A stretch of DNA of 33,006 nt from Octopus bimaculoides. Its lineage: Eukaryota. Within the stretch, counting starts at the first letter, position 1, and each line of letters opens with the position of its first letter. Where the stretch lies: positions 53,251,752-53,284,757 of the forward strand of contig NC_068982.1 in NCBI RefSeq assembly GCF_001194135.2, given 5' to 3'. Below the pieces are notes generated by a model. That model saw only the letters and a program-made list of their open reading frames with translations, searched no databases and had not been told where the DNA came from. Both the position numbers and the translations under genes were made by a program. Shown here in pieces: positions 32,671-33,006 of the stretch.

Positions 32671-33006
32671 GTAAGTCAGAACAATCAATAAATGTCTTAG
32701 AACAACCAGTCACTCATCCGGGAAGGCCTTGAAATCAATGTTACCAACTGGGGACTATGTGTGACTCAGTGATAATAAAAAGACTGAAAGGAGGTCTGCA
32801 ACGAAATAATTTTACTCAACACTTTGCAAGTGAATCAGTGGAGGCAAAGATGCGTCTCATTTACTTGACAATTTATGCACCACATTGCAGAAATCACAAT
32901 GTAAGTATATCTGAAAGGGTAGTCTTACACTGTTGTACCGTTGAATTACAAATAATGCTCATCTGTTATGTTCGGGTTAAAATTTCATCAACATCAAAAA
33001 TATATG

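Noticed and set aside
1-33006. CRISPR arrays, prokaryotic operons or defence systems
   Set aside because: No regularly spaced repeat-spacer structure or gene-dense coding; the window is eukaryotic repeat-rich DNA.

Overview
AT-rich, repeat-saturated eukaryotic non-coding DNA with seven N gaps. The repeat families match what I recall from Octopus (coleoid cephalopod) genomes; this is inference, not a search result. No complete protein-coding gene, RNA gene or CRISPR array is supported, and most supplied ORFs are microsatellite, SINE or N-gap artefacts. The window holds about 25 full or partial tRNA-derived SINE copies from at least three families (my labels SINE-A, B, C), a nearly full-length decayed hAT transposon (11079-13476), a second hAT transposase relic (about 25250-26259), a mariner end, hAT- and piggyBac-type MITEs, RTE and probable L1/Tx1 LINE 3' ends, and three 5'-truncated R4/Dong-like non-LTR retrotransposons. 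The best-supported unusual observation is that all three R4/Dong-like copies abut (TAA)n arrays, and those arrays appear to be the (ATT)n tails of other retroelements on the opposite strand. Two weak exon candidates (9523-9576 and 32299-32670) may belong to a host gene. I found no evidence for a wholly new molecular system. Coordinates of degraded repeats are approximate.
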